Source: Candidatus Methylomirabilia bacterium
GTDB taxonomy: Bacteria; Methylomirabilota; Methylomirabilia; Rokubacteriales; CSP1-6
Assembly: GCA_046758965.1 (NCBI GenBank)
Contig: JBHIBG010000013.1
Coordinates: forward strand, 1-47,832
Reading direction: 5' to 3'
Length of the DNA stretch: 47,832 nucleotides
Shown here: positions 1 through 9,286 of the stretch, one piece after another
How the letters are laid out: the number at the start of each line of letters is the position of its first letter
How positions within the stretch are numbered: position 1 is the stretch's first letter
Program-made: the position numbers and the translations under genes
Notes under the pieces: model-generated
Seen by the model: only the letters and a program-made list of their open reading frames with translations
Databases searched by the model: none
Told to the model about the DNA's origin: nothing

Positions 1-31
1 CGTTGGGAACACTCGACGAAAATCAGCAGCT

Positions 32-1426
32 TCACGCTGGCCGGAACTTCCAGAAGTAGTTGACCAACTCCTCGCCCTCGTGGATGCGGCGGAAGATCAG
101 CTCCACGGGCATCTCGAACGTGACCTGGCTGGCGTCGCAGTCCGTGAGTTGGGCGTAGAAGCGGCCCCCACCCTCAAGGTCAGCGGAGACCATGACAGTC
201 GGCGGATCGGGGCTCGGGATGAGATGATCCTTCGTGAAGGTGAAGACCTTCCCCTGGCGCTGGAGCTTCTGATCGGTCAGGTCCTTGCCGGAGCAGTTCC
301 AGCAGAGGTGGCGGCGGGGATAGGAGACGGCGCCGCAGTCGGCACACTTCTGGCCGTAGAGCCGAAGGTTCTGCCGCTCCTCCCTCACCATGGTCGGCAA
401 GCTCGAGAAAGCCCGGATAACTTCCGTCTCCACGTGGCGCCGGAAGAGGAGGAACTTGCCGTAGTGGGTGAGCGGTCGCCCGAGCGCCAGCTGGGCCGAA
501 ACCCCATGCGTCCAGGAATGTCGCTCGATCTGCTCGGTCGCTTGAAAACAGAGCGCCTCGGCTCCGTTCCCGTAAGAGACGACCACGATCCTCTCGCCGG
601 GCTTGGCCTCTTCCAGGGCGGAGGCAAGCCCGAGCAACGGTGAGGCGGAGCCGGTGTTGCCTACCTTCCCGATCACGGGCTCCTTGAGCATGGCTGACTC
701 CGGGAACTTGAGCTGGCGGGCTAAGGCCGCGTGGACGCGGAAGTCCGGGGCGTAGTACGCCACCTTGGCGATCTCTTGCCGCTTGAGCCCGAGCGTCCCG
801 AGCAGGCCGTCCACCGCCTCAGGAATGTGTTTGTCCAGGCCGTAGGCCCGGCCGAAGGTCGTATCCCCCATCTGGAGGTAGCGGTCGTTGTGAGTGCGCC
901 AGACATCGATGAATTCGCGGCTCACCGTGTAGGCGCCCTCGAAGGTGGCGATGGCCTCCCCCTCGCCGACCAGGACGGCCGCCGCGCCGTCCCCCAGGAC
1001 GGTCTCCAGCTCGGTCCCCGGAGCGGCCGGCCTCATGTCGGCTGCAGCGACAAGGGCTTGAGATGCCGTCCCGGCCTTGACGAGGTCCAGGGCCATCCTG
1101 AGGGCAGTCGTGCCGCAGCGGAGGGAGCCGCCCAGGTCGGCGGTGACAACCTCGGTCCCGAGATCGGCCACCGTCGCCAGGAGCGTGGCACTGGACTTCT
1201 CGGCGTAGGGCGGCGTGGTGGAGGCGAAGAGACACGCCCCGACCGTTGCCGGGTCCCTCCCCGCCATCGCATTGAGCGCAGCCTCAACCGCCATCGTCAA
1301 GCTATCCTCGTCGTAGTTGGCAACCGCGCGCTCCCCACCTCCGCCACGGCCCCAAATCTGGCCGACGGTCTTCGCCGAGAGGCGGTAGCGCGGAATGTAC
1401 GCTGCGATTCCCAGGATTCCAGGCAT
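32..1426 (-). CDS. HMG-CoA synthase-like (thiolase fold) protein fused to C-terminal DUF35 Zn-ribbon/OB-fold domain
   Basis: N-term GIAAYIPRYRL...ERAVANYDEDSLTMAVEAA and GNTGSA typical of HMGS-like proteins; C-term CADC...CWNC Zn ribbon, OB fold ending YFWKFRP; RBS AAGGAG upstream. Confidence 0.85.
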   Translation of the reverse strand: MPGILGIAAYIPRYRLSAKTVGQIWGRGGGGERAVANYDEDSLTMAVEAALNAMAGRDPATVGACLFASTTPPYAEKSSATLLATVADLGTEVVTADLGGSLRCGTTALRMALDLVKAGTASQALVAAADMRPAAPGTELETVLGDGAAAVLVGEGEAIATFEGAYTVSREFIDVWRTHNDRYLQMGDTTFGRAYGLDKHIPEAVDGLLGTLGLKRQEIAKVAYYAPDFRVHAALARQLKFPESAMLKEPVIGKVGNTGSASPLLGLASALEEAKPGERIVVVSYGNGAEALCFQATEQIERHSWTHGVSAQLALGRPLTHYGKFLLFRRHVETEVIRAFSSLPTMVREERQNLRLYGQKCADCGAVSYPRRHLCWNCSGKDLTDQKLQRQGKVFTFTKDHLIPSPDPPTVMVSADLEGGGRFYAQLTDCDASQVTFEMPVELIFRRIHEGEELVNYFWKFRPA

Positions 1427-1438
1427 ACCCTGCTCCTT

Positions 1439-3220
1439 TCAGACCTCGCCGAGGAAGTAGCGCCGCGGGTCGAAGAGGCGGATAAGCCCGAGCTCGTCGG
1501 AGGTGGGAGGGTCGAAGCGACGAAGCCTTCGCGCCACCGCAAGCTCCCAGCCGCACCCCTCCCTGGCCGCCTCCACCGCTTCCGCCTCGGGTCGGCCGCC
1601 GAAGACCCCTGTGAGGACCAGCTCACCGTGCGCGCCCGCCTTCTCGAACACTCCGCGATCCGACACCACCGCGCTCACGCGATGGCCGGGCGCGGTGATG
1701 TACGGCACCTTCTCGACAAAGCGCTGGCGACTCTGGGCCAGCGTGACGACCAGTTCACGGGCCGAGGAGGCGATATCGTTAGCCCCTCCTGAGCCTGTCA
1801 CGTATGTGACCCCTGGAATGATCGTGGAGTTGATGTTCCCGTGCTTGTCCACCTGGCCCGCGGCCAGGGAGCCGATGCACCGGTTGTGACGGCCGCCCAT
1901 GAAGATCCCCATCACGTGAAAGATATCGGTGAGCATCTTCGAGGAGGGAAAGTTCCTGAACGAGAAGACGAACGGCTCCGCCGGCCTCGGCAGGTACCCG
2001 ACCATCCCCGCCTCGGCCATCAACTCCACCTCCACTCCAGCCTGCTTGAGCTGCCCGGCGGCGAGCCAGGCGGCCAGGTTGGAGTTCCCGACTCCGGCCA
2101 GGAAGGTGGTGTAGCCGTTGGTCCGGACCTTCTCGGCGAGGAGGCGCGATGCCGCTACCACCATCATCTCGCTCTCGTTGTACCGCCCGTCCGGCGGAAG
2201 GCGGTCTGAAAGCGACTCGAGCTCTGAGACCCACGCGTCGGTGTGGGCGCGCCCCTTGACCTCCATGATCCGCGAGTAGCCAAGCTTGGCCAGGTACGCG
2301 GTCTGATCGGGGATCTCCAGCATCCACTCACGGATCCACGCCTCGGCCGTCTCTCCCTTGCGGAAAGCCTTGCGCAGCTCCACGATGAAGCTCAGATCCT
2401 CCGCGTACCCTTCCAGCTCAGGGATGTTCATCCCGTACATCCCCCCGGGGTGTGAGCCGAGCGGGGCCTCCACCACAGCGGCGACATACTGCGCGGGAAG
2501 CTTGACCAGCGGGGCATGACCGCGGATGAAATCGGTGGAGACAATCTTCTCCACCGTGACGATGGCGCCATGACGAGCCGCCATGGCCCCGTAGAGGTTC
2601 TCGTTCATGGGGGGAGCCGTGATGACGTTCCCGGCCCGGTCAGCTGCCCACGCGTGGACGAGCGCCAGATCTGGAACCAGCGCCTTTACAAACGCAACCC
2701 GCCGCTCGCCTCCGAAGGGATCATCCGCCACCAGGAAGTCTCCCGTCCTGGCGTTGTCCTCTTCCATCGTCGAGCCGAGGAGCGAGTTCGTCGCGAGGAA
2801 CGGCACTCCCATGGCCCCGGCGATCAGGCGGAGCGGAAAGGTCAGCATCGACCAGTTCTGGACCTCGAGCCGCCCCTCGAGGATGGCCTTCGAGATGAGC
2901 GGTTGCGGGGTGGGGTATGGGTACCCTTCGCCGAGGAAGGTGGTGATCATCCGCTTGACCAGGCCACCGTAGATCAGCGCGGTCCACGGCGAGCCAAGCC
3001 CCACCGTGGCAACGGTGAACTCCGGCCTTTCCCCCCACCACTGCCGGACGAGCTCGCGGACGAGCGTGTTGGCCCGCGCATGAGCGGTGCCCACGTAGAG
3101 GAGCATCCCCGGCCTGACCAGCCGTCGGACCGACTCCTCCAGGGAAGCGATCTTGTCTGCCCCCTCGTTCAGCGGGATCTCAAGCCGCCTGCGAATCAGA
3201 TCGTGATAGCCCTGATCCAC
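1439..3220 (-). CDS. Family I CoA-transferase, alpha and beta subunits fused (glutaconate CoA-transferase-like)
   Basis: alpha motifs AGAMGVPF, PDLALVHAWAADRAGN; beta motifs GQVDKHGNINS, GSGGANDIAS; GTG start with GGAGG RBS. Confidence 0.85.
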   Translation of the reverse strand: MDQGYHDLIRRRLEIPLNEGADKIASLEESVRRLVRPGMLLYVGTAHARANTLVRELVRQWWGERPEFTVATVGLGSPWTALIYGGLVKRMITTFLGEGYPYPTPQPLISKAILEGRLEVQNWSMLTFPLRLIAGAMGVPFLATNSLLGSTMEEDNARTGDFLVADDPFGGERRVAFVKALVPDLALVHAWAADRAGNVITAPPMNENLYGAMAARHGAIVTVEKIVSTDFIRGHAPLVKLPAQYVAAVVEAPLGSHPGGMYGMNIPELEGYAEDLSFIVELRKAFRKGETAEAWIREWMLEIPDQTAYLAKLGYSRIMEVKGRAHTDAWVSELESLSDRLPPDGRYNESEMMVVAASRLLAEKVRTNGYTTFLAGVGNSNLAAWLAAGQLKQAGVEVELMAEAGMVGYLPRPAEPFVFSFRNFPSSKMLTDIFHVMGIFMGGRHNRCIGSLAAGQVDKHGNINSTIIPGVTYVTGSGGANDIASSARELVVTLAQSRQRFVEKVPYITAPGHRVSAVVSDRGVFEKAGAHGELVLTGVFGGRPEAEAVEAAREGCGWELAVARRLRRFDPPTSDELGLIRLFDPRRYFLGEV

Positions 3221-3283
3221 CGTATCCTCCTCACTCGCTCGAGGCGAGAGAGTGAAACCTCGTGAGCCGCCAAGGCCAGATCC

Positions 3284-4204
3284 CTAGCGAATCGCCAGCG
3301 GGTTAATGGGCGAACCGATGCCGCCGGTGATCCGCAGGGGCTGGGCGACGAAGAGGAACTCCCACGAGCGCTCCGTCGCGCAGACTCCGGCGAGCTCCTC
3401 GAACCAGAAGAGCTCCCCGATCGTGAGGCCAAGGTCCCGGATCAGCACCGGATGGAGCGGATTCAGGCTCTTCCCGTCCTCGGCGGGCTTGACCTCGACC
3501 GCCACGTTATCCACGCCGATGCAGCTGACCGCCTTCTGGTGGAGCCACTTCGCGGCGCTCATGCCGAGGCCCGGTGCGACGTCGAAGTAGCTCTCCCGCT
3601 CCTTGGGCGTGGCCCGGTACCAGAAGGGGGCCCAGCCCGTACGCACCATGAGAGCGTCGCCCTGGCGGAGGTCTACCCCCTGATGTCGGGCGCATCCCTC
3701 CAGGTCGCCCTCGGTGACGGCAACCCCCGGCGGGAGGTGCCCCTCTCCTCCCCGTCCCTTGTAGGTGGGGAGGTCCAGCAGGACGCCCCGGGTGACGAAG
3801 GAGGTCGCCAGCCTGTCGATGCTGCACTTCCTGGCGCCGATCAGCGGGTTGATCGCCTGGCCCGCGTCGTACCCGTTGTAGATTTTCCCGTCCCGGAAGG
3901 CATGGGTCAGGCCATCCCATTGCGTGCCGGTCTGGGGAGACATGGAGATCCAGTCGTCGGCAAACTCGGCGTCGCCGCCCCATCCGTGGTCAGCGACTCT
4001 CAGTCGCGCCGAACGCACGAAGTGCTGCATGGGAGGCCGGCTCGGATCAGTAGGGGTGCGCGGGTTCAGCGCGACAGCCAGGCTCAGCACCTGCCCCTTC
4101 TTCACCAGGCGGCAGGCCTCGACGATCTTCTCGGAGGTGATAAAGTTGGCTGTCCCGATCTCGTCATCGGGCCCCCACCGCCCCCAGTTGGAAAGGGCGC
4201 TCAC
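3284..4204 (-). CDS. Cyclase family metal-dependent hydrolase (kynurenine formamidase-like)
   Basis: NWGRWGPDDEIGTANF, TQWDGLTH, RGVLLD, DNVAVE, GIGSPINPLA; start placed at the GTG overlapping the upstream stop (GTGA), RBS GGAGG. Confidence 0.9.
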   Translation of the reverse strand: MSALSNWGRWGPDDEIGTANFITSEKIVEACRLVKKGQVLSLAVALNPRTPTDPSRPPMQHFVRSARLRVADHGWGGDAEFADDWISMSPQTGTQWDGLTHAFRDGKIYNGYDAGQAINPLIGARKCSIDRLATSFVTRGVLLDLPTYKGRGGEGHLPPGVAVTEGDLEGCARHQGVDLRQGDALMVRTGWAPFWYRATPKERESYFDVAPGLGMSAAKWLHQKAVSCIGVDNVAVEVKPAEDGKSLNPLHPVLIRDLGLTIGELFWFEELAGVCATERSWEFLFVAQPLRITGGIGSPINPLAIR

Positions 4205-4560
4205 AACACCTTCCTCCGGACGCCGAAGATCCTGGCCTTGATCGGTCTCGGGACCCACACCGCCACCTGACGGGCGACCGCGGCCATCTTCTCCAGGGTC
4301 ACAGGCTCCCCCGGCCAGTGCGGGAGCAGCAGTGAGCGGTCCACGTGGTTCAGAAGCCCGTCCAACACGACGGCTACCACCACCAGATCGTCGAGGTAGC
4401 CCACGAACGGGATGAAGTCAGGGAGCAGATCCACCGGGCTCACCAGGTAGGCCGCGGCAGCGGCCAGCGTCAGCTTGGTGGCGGGAGGGACCTGCGGGTC
4501 CAGAGCCAGTCGATAGACGAGGCGGGTAAGGTTGGGGAGCAGAAGCAGAAGCTCTCTCAC
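4201..4560 (-). CDS. DUF1232/YkvA family small membrane protein
   Basis: AYLVSPVDLLPDFIPFVGYLDDL signature; coupled to both neighbours. Confidence 0.9.
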   Translation of the reverse strand: MRELLLLLPNLTRLVYRLALDPQVPPATKLTLAAAAAYLVSPVDLLPDFIPFVGYLDDLVVVAVVLDGLLNHVDRSLLLPHWPGEPVTLEKMAAVARQVAVWVPRPIKARIFGVRRKVL

Positions 4561-6548
4561 CTGAGCTCACCGGCCACAAGCTCAGCCAGGTCCTGGGTCT
4601 TGATGCTGTCAGCCACGCCCTTGCCTTTGACCCCGTCCTCAAACATCGTGAGGCAGAACGGGCAGCCGGAGGCGAGGATGTCGGGCTTGACCTCCACGGC
4701 CTGCCCCACGCGGATCTGATTGACCCGGCGGCCTTCGTGCTCCTCCATCCAGACGCGCCCACCCCCACCGCCACAGCAGAAGCCCTGGGCCTTGTGGAGG
4801 TGCATCTCCACGATCTCGCCTCCGGAGATCGACCGGAGGACCTTCCGGGGGGACTCGTAGATGTCGTTGTAGCGGCCGAGGTAGCAGGGGTCATGGTAGG
4901 TGATCCGCTCGGCCAACCCCCGCGAGAGCTGGAGCCGTCCCGAGCGGATCAGCTCCTCGAACAGCTGCGAGTGGTGAATCACCCTGAAGCGGCCGTCGAA
5001 CTGGGGGTACTCGTTCTTGATCGTGTTGAAGCAGTGGGGGCAGGCGGTGATGATCGTCTGGAACCGATAGCGCTTGAGCGTCTGGATATTCTCCTGGGCG
5101 AGGGTCTGGAAGAGGTACTCGTGGCCCACGCGGCGGGCGGGCTCGCCAGTGCACCGCTCCTCGTTGCCGAGGATGGCGAAGTCAACGCCAGCGGCCTGGA
5201 GGATCCGAACCACGGCCCGCGCGACCTTCTTGTTGCGCTCGTCGAAGGACCCGTAGCACCCTACCCAGTAGAGGTACTCGGCCGCTTGCGTCTCGGCCAT
5301 CAGCTTCACTCCCAGATCGCGCGCCCAGTCGGCGCGCGTCTGCCACGACATCTGCCAGGGATTGAAGTTGGTCTCGAGATTCCGGAAGGTCGGCTTCAGC
5401 TCCTCGGGGAAGCGGGACTCGGTCAGGACCAGGAGCCGCCGCATGTCGATGATCTTCGGCACGTGCTCGATGAAGACCGGGCAGGACTCCACGCACCATC
5501 GGCACGTCGTGCAGGCCCACAGGACGTCGTCGGTGATCACCTGGCCCACCATCGCCTTGTCGGCGCCGCCGTTGCCACCATGGCGGAGGAGCTTCGGCCC
5601 CGCCTCGAGGAAGTGCTCCCGCAGGTCCAGGATCAGGAGCTTGGGGTCGAGCTGCTTGCCGCTCGCGGTGGCCGGGCACCCCGAGGTGCAGCGGCCGCAC
5701 TCGGTGCAGTTATACAGGTCGAGGAGATCTTTCCACGTAAACTCGGTGAGCTGACCCACCCCGAAGGTCTCGGCGTTCTCCAGGTCCATGCCGGGAAACT
5801 GCCCCTTGGGGGTCAGGGGGGCGAAGAAGACGTTGAACGGGGCGCCCATGATGTGGAGGTGCTTCGAGTACGGGATCCACACCAGGAACCCCAGGATGAT
5901 CGCCGCGTGGCTCCACCACGAGAGCTGGAAGATCGCGCCGACGGCGCCTCCCGGGAGCCCCGCGAGAAGGCCTGAGACAGCGTTTCCGGCGAACGACCAG
6001 CCGTCGATGGAAGCCGGCGCCAGCACGATCCGGGCCGCGTCGGCAAGGAGATCCGTGAGCATCAGCAGAAAGATCAGCAGGAGAATCACCAGCCCCTCGG
6101 TCGAGAGCGTGAGGCGCTTGGGCCTGGTCACCAGGCGGCGAAACGCCGCGTAGGAGACCGCCGCGATCACCGCCAGGTCAAACAGGTCCTGAACGACCAG
6201 GTGAGCGGGAGTGTCCGAGAGAAACGGGAGGAAAAACGCTTCGGTGACACCCCGCCCGAAGAACTCGAGGGTGCCCACGGTAAGGATAAGAAAACCCCAG
6301 AAGATCGTGGCGTGCATGAGCCCGGGCCAGAAGTCGCCTTGAAGAAGCCTGAGCTGGCCCAGAACGAACACGAGGACCGCCCTGAGGCGCGCCGGCACGT
6401 GATCCCACCGGGCGGCTGGTCTGCCGGCCATCATGATCCTGCAGAGGTACGCCACCCGACGGACGAAGAGCACGAGGGCGATCAGGATGAGGGCATAGAA
6501 CGGAGCCCAGCCGGGGATCACCCCATACCACTGATGGGACGGCGACAT
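4557..6548 (-). CDS. Membrane-bound Fe-S oxidoreductase (FadF/HdrD-like: TM domain, 2x[4Fe-4S], CCG domains)
   Basis: Hydrophobic N-terminus; CTECGRCTSGCP and CTTCRWCVESCP; YHDPCYLGR, CCGGGGG, CPFC. Confidence 0.9.
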   Translation of the reverse strand: MSPSHQWYGVIPGWAPFYALILIALVLFVRRVAYLCRIMMAGRPAARWDHVPARLRAVLVFVLGQLRLLQGDFWPGLMHATIFWGFLILTVGTLEFFGRGVTEAFFLPFLSDTPAHLVVQDLFDLAVIAAVSYAAFRRLVTRPKRLTLSTEGLVILLLIFLLMLTDLLADAARIVLAPASIDGWSFAGNAVSGLLAGLPGGAVGAIFQLSWWSHAAIILGFLVWIPYSKHLHIMGAPFNVFFAPLTPKGQFPGMDLENAETFGVGQLTEFTWKDLLDLYNCTECGRCTSGCPATASGKQLDPKLLILDLREHFLEAGPKLLRHGGNGGADKAMVGQVITDDVLWACTTCRWCVESCPVFIEHVPKIIDMRRLLVLTESRFPEELKPTFRNLETNFNPWQMSWQTRADWARDLGVKLMAETQAAEYLYWVGCYGSFDERNKKVARAVVRILQAAGVDFAILGNEERCTGEPARRVGHEYLFQTLAQENIQTLKRYRFQTIITACPHCFNTIKNEYPQFDGRFRVIHHSQLFEELIRSGRLQLSRGLAERITYHDPCYLGRYNDIYESPRKVLRSISGGEIVEMHLHKAQGFCCGGGGGRVWMEEHEGRRVNQIRVGQAVEVKPDILASGCPFCLTMFEDGVKGKGVADSIKTQDLAELVAGELR

Positions 6549-6585
6549 TCAAGAAACCCTCCGGTCGATGGCGACAAGCCCCTCC

Positions 6586-6614
6586 ATACTGCGTGACTGC
6601 CCCGAGCCTGTCAA
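6586..6614 (-). promoter_or_regulatory. Putative sigma70 promoter for the FadF-like cluster
   Basis: TTGACA-N17-CAGTAT on minus strand, about 40 nt upstream of the ATG. Confidence 0.5.
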
Positions 6615-6637
6615 GGCGCCCACGGCGGAGCCGCGGC

Positions 6638-7615
6638 TCACGGCCCGGGACGAAGATCGATGGACGCCAGAATCTTCCGGGCGGCTGAGTAGGGATCGAG
6701 CCGGCCGGCGGCAACCGCCTCGAAGGTGGCGGCCAGCGCCCCGTCGGGCTGCAACTGCTTCGAGAGCCGCTCCCTGAACTCCTCCAGGAGCAGGGCCTGG
6801 AGCGCGCTGCGCCGCCGAGCCTGTCGCCGTTTCTCGAGCGCCGCGGAGCCCTCCAGGAGCTCCCGGTGGTGGCCGATCTCCGAGAGGAGCTCGTCAACGC
6901 CCACCCCGTGGTGAGCCTCGGTGGCCAGGACCGGGATCTGCCAGTCGATATCCCCGGGCGTCTCGGAGGTCGAGCGCTGCAGATGCGCCATCAGGCGGAG
7001 CTCGGCGATCAGACGGTCGGCGCCGCCGCGGTCCGCCTTGTTGACAACGAAGATGTCGGCCACCTCCAAGAGGCCCGCCTTCATGGTCTGGATCGCATCT
7101 CCCGACTCAGGAACCAGCACCACCACTGTGGTGTCAGCCTGCCTGACAATATCCAGCTCCGTCTGGCCGACCCCAACGGTCTCGATCAAAATCCACTGCT
7201 TCCCGAAGGCATCCAGGAGCTTGATCACATCTCCCGTCGCCCGGGCCAGCCCGCCCATGCTCCCGCGCGTCGCCATGCTCCGGATGAAGACGTCGGGATC
7301 CAGGGCATGGGACTGCATGCGGATCCGGTCGCCGAGGACCGCGCCGCCGGTGAACGCGCTCGAGGGATCCACCGCGACGATCCCGACCGAACTGCCCGCG
7401 GTCCGAAGGAGAGCGGTGATCCGGTCGACAAGAGTGCTCTTTCCCGCTCCGGGCGGGCCGGTGATTCCCACCACGTAGGCCCTGCCGACCCGGGGGTAGA
7501 CCTGCTTCATGATTTCGGGGACAGCGGCCGTGCCATTCTCGACCTGCGTAATCAGCCTGGCCAGAGCCAGCCGGTCCCCTGCCAGCATCCGCTGGACGAG
7601 CTGTGCGGTTCCCAT
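6638..7615 (-). CDS. meaB: Methylmalonyl-CoA mutase-associated GTPase MeaB/ArgK
   Basis: GITGPPGAGKST, AVDPSSAFTGGAVLGDRIRM, ETVGVGQTE, NKAD. Confidence 0.93.
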   Translation of the reverse strand: MGTAQLVQRMLAGDRLALARLITQVENGTAAVPEIMKQVYPRVGRAYVVGITGPPGAGKSTLVDRITALLRTAGSSVGIVAVDPSSAFTGGAVLGDRIRMQSHALDPDVFIRSMATRGSMGGLARATGDVIKLLDAFGKQWILIETVGVGQTELDIVRQADTTVVVLVPESGDAIQTMKAGLLEVADIFVVNKADRGGADRLIAELRLMAHLQRSTSETPGDIDWQIPVLATEAHHGVGVDELLSEIGHHRELLEGSAALEKRRQARRRSALQALLLEEFRERLSKQLQPDGALAATFEAVAAGRLDPYSAARKILASIDLRPGP

Positions 7616-7648
7616 GGGGTACAGCTCAACTCGGGGATGGGAGGCCCA

Positions 7649-8152
7649 TCAGCGATGGGATGGGTCCACAGCCACGGTGGCGAGGTTCGCCCGCATGAGC
7701 AGCGCATCCTCTCCTGTGTCGTAGTAGTACCCCGTTCTCCGCCCGGTCACCTTGAAGCCGAAGCTCTCGTAGAGGCCCCGAGCCTCCGAGTTGCTGGGAC
7801 GCACCTCCAGGAAAGCATGGGTGAGCCGGCGGCGACGGGCATCCTCCAGGATCATGCCCAGAAGCGTTCGGGCCACGCCCTGGCCGCGCCAGACGGGATG
7901 AACCGCCAGGTTGGTGATATGCAGCTCCGGTCCCACCTCCCAGATGCAGAGATAGCCAGCCACCTCCCCGGCCACCCGAGCGACCCACGCGCGCGCGACT
8001 TGGTTCTGCTCGAGCTCGTAGAGGAATGCCTCCCGTGACCACGGCGTACGGAACGAGACCTGCTCGATGGCAAGCACCGAGTCCAGGTCCCTCGAGGCCA
8101 TGGGCTCGATGGAGAAGGAGCCCGGCTGCGAGGCTGGACTATTGTGAGCCAT
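7649..8152 (-). CDS. rimI: Ribosomal protein S18 alanine N-acetyltransferase
   Basis: IEQVSFRTPWS, ELHITNLAVHP, FLEVRPSN, RRTGYYYDTGEDALLM; start uncertain. Confidence 0.9.
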   Translation of the reverse strand: MAHNSPASQPGSFSIEPMASRDLDSVLAIEQVSFRTPWSREAFLYELEQNQVARAWVARVAGEVAGYLCIWEVGPELHITNLAVHPVWRGQGVARTLLGMILEDARRRRLTHAFLEVRPSNSEARGLYESFGFKVTGRRTGYYYDTGEDALLMRANLATVAVDPSHR

Positions 8153-8200
8153 CGGACGCCATCGGCGAGCGATCAAGTGGGTGCGTCGGTCCTGAGCAGC

Positions 8201-9160
8201 TCACTGATGGGAGTGCCCTGGCAGCCCATCGTGAGCGTGCTCGGCAACCCGGTGGTAACGCTCACCGCCCTCACCGGACGGGTCCACGTGGACGGTCACG
8301 CCATCGAGGTTGGGTACGCGGTGGAGGAGCTGGTGCCGCACCTCCTTGGCGAGCGCGTGGCCCTCGACGATCGAGAGCCCGCCAGACACCGTGACGCTCA
8401 CCTCGGCGTTGAGGCGGTGGCCGATCCACCGCGCGCGCACATCACTGACCTCTTCCACTACCGGCACCTGCCGGGCTGCCGCAACGATCTCGTCGACCGT
8501 CCCGATCTCGACGCCATCCAGCATGCGCAGCAGGATCGCGCGCCCCGACTGCCAGGCGACCCAGAGGATGGCCAGCGAGATGAGAACGCCGACCAACGGG
8601 TCCGCGAGCGGATACCCGGCCCAGATCCCGACCGCGCCCAGCAAGACGGCCAGGCTGGTCCACCCGTCCGCCCTCGCGTGGTAGCCGTCCGCCACCAGAG
8701 CTGCGCTCCCGATCCTCCGACCCACCCTGATCCGGAAGACAGCGACCATCTCGTTGCCGACAAAACCGGCCACGGCGGCAAGCATCACCGCCCACAGCAG
8801 CTGAACCGGGTGCGGGTCAAGCAACCGCGTGACGGATTCGTAGGCCACGAAAAGACCGCTCGACAGAATCATGACGACGATCGCAATCCCGGCCAGGTCT
8901 TCGAACCTCCCCAGCCCGTACGTGAACCGCCGGGTCGCGCCCCGGCGCGCCAGCCAGAAGGCGATCGCAAGAGGAATGCTCGTGGCGGCGTCGGCGAAGT
9001 TATGGATCGTGTCCGCGAGCAGCGCCGCGCTCCCCGACAGCGCAACGACCGCCACCTGGAGGGTGGCCGTCGCCACGAGCCCAATACACGACCACTTGAG
9101 CGCCCAGAGGCCACGGCTGGCGGACGCAATATCAGCCCCTTGGTGATGATGATAGGTCAT
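8201..9160 (-). CDS. Cation diffusion facilitator (CDF) family metal transporter
   Basis: ALLADTIHNFAD, FTYGLGRFEDLAG, ADGYHARAD, His-rich termini, C-terminal dimerisation domain. Confidence 0.92.
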   Translation of the reverse strand: MTYHHHQGADIASASRGLWALKWSCIGLVATATLQVAVVALSGSAALLADTIHNFADAATSIPLAIAFWLARRGATRRFTYGLGRFEDLAGIAIVVMILSSGLFVAYESVTRLLDPHPVQLLWAVMLAAVAGFVGNEMVAVFRIRVGRRIGSAALVADGYHARADGWTSLAVLLGAVGIWAGYPLADPLVGVLISLAILWVAWQSGRAILLRMLDGVEIGTVDEIVAAARQVPVVEEVSDVRARWIGHRLNAEVSVTVSGGLSIVEGHALAKEVRHQLLHRVPNLDGVTVHVDPSGEGGERYHRVAEHAHDGLPGHSHQ

Positions 9161-9286
9161 CCACCCTCTCGCTATCGACAGCCGGTCATGCCCCGGCTCA
9201 TCTCGATTCTACCAGGTCCGTCGGCGTCGGTGCTCCCCTGCTCCGAGAGAGTCCGGTCAGCGCTCCTAACCCCTTGGGAGACAAAG

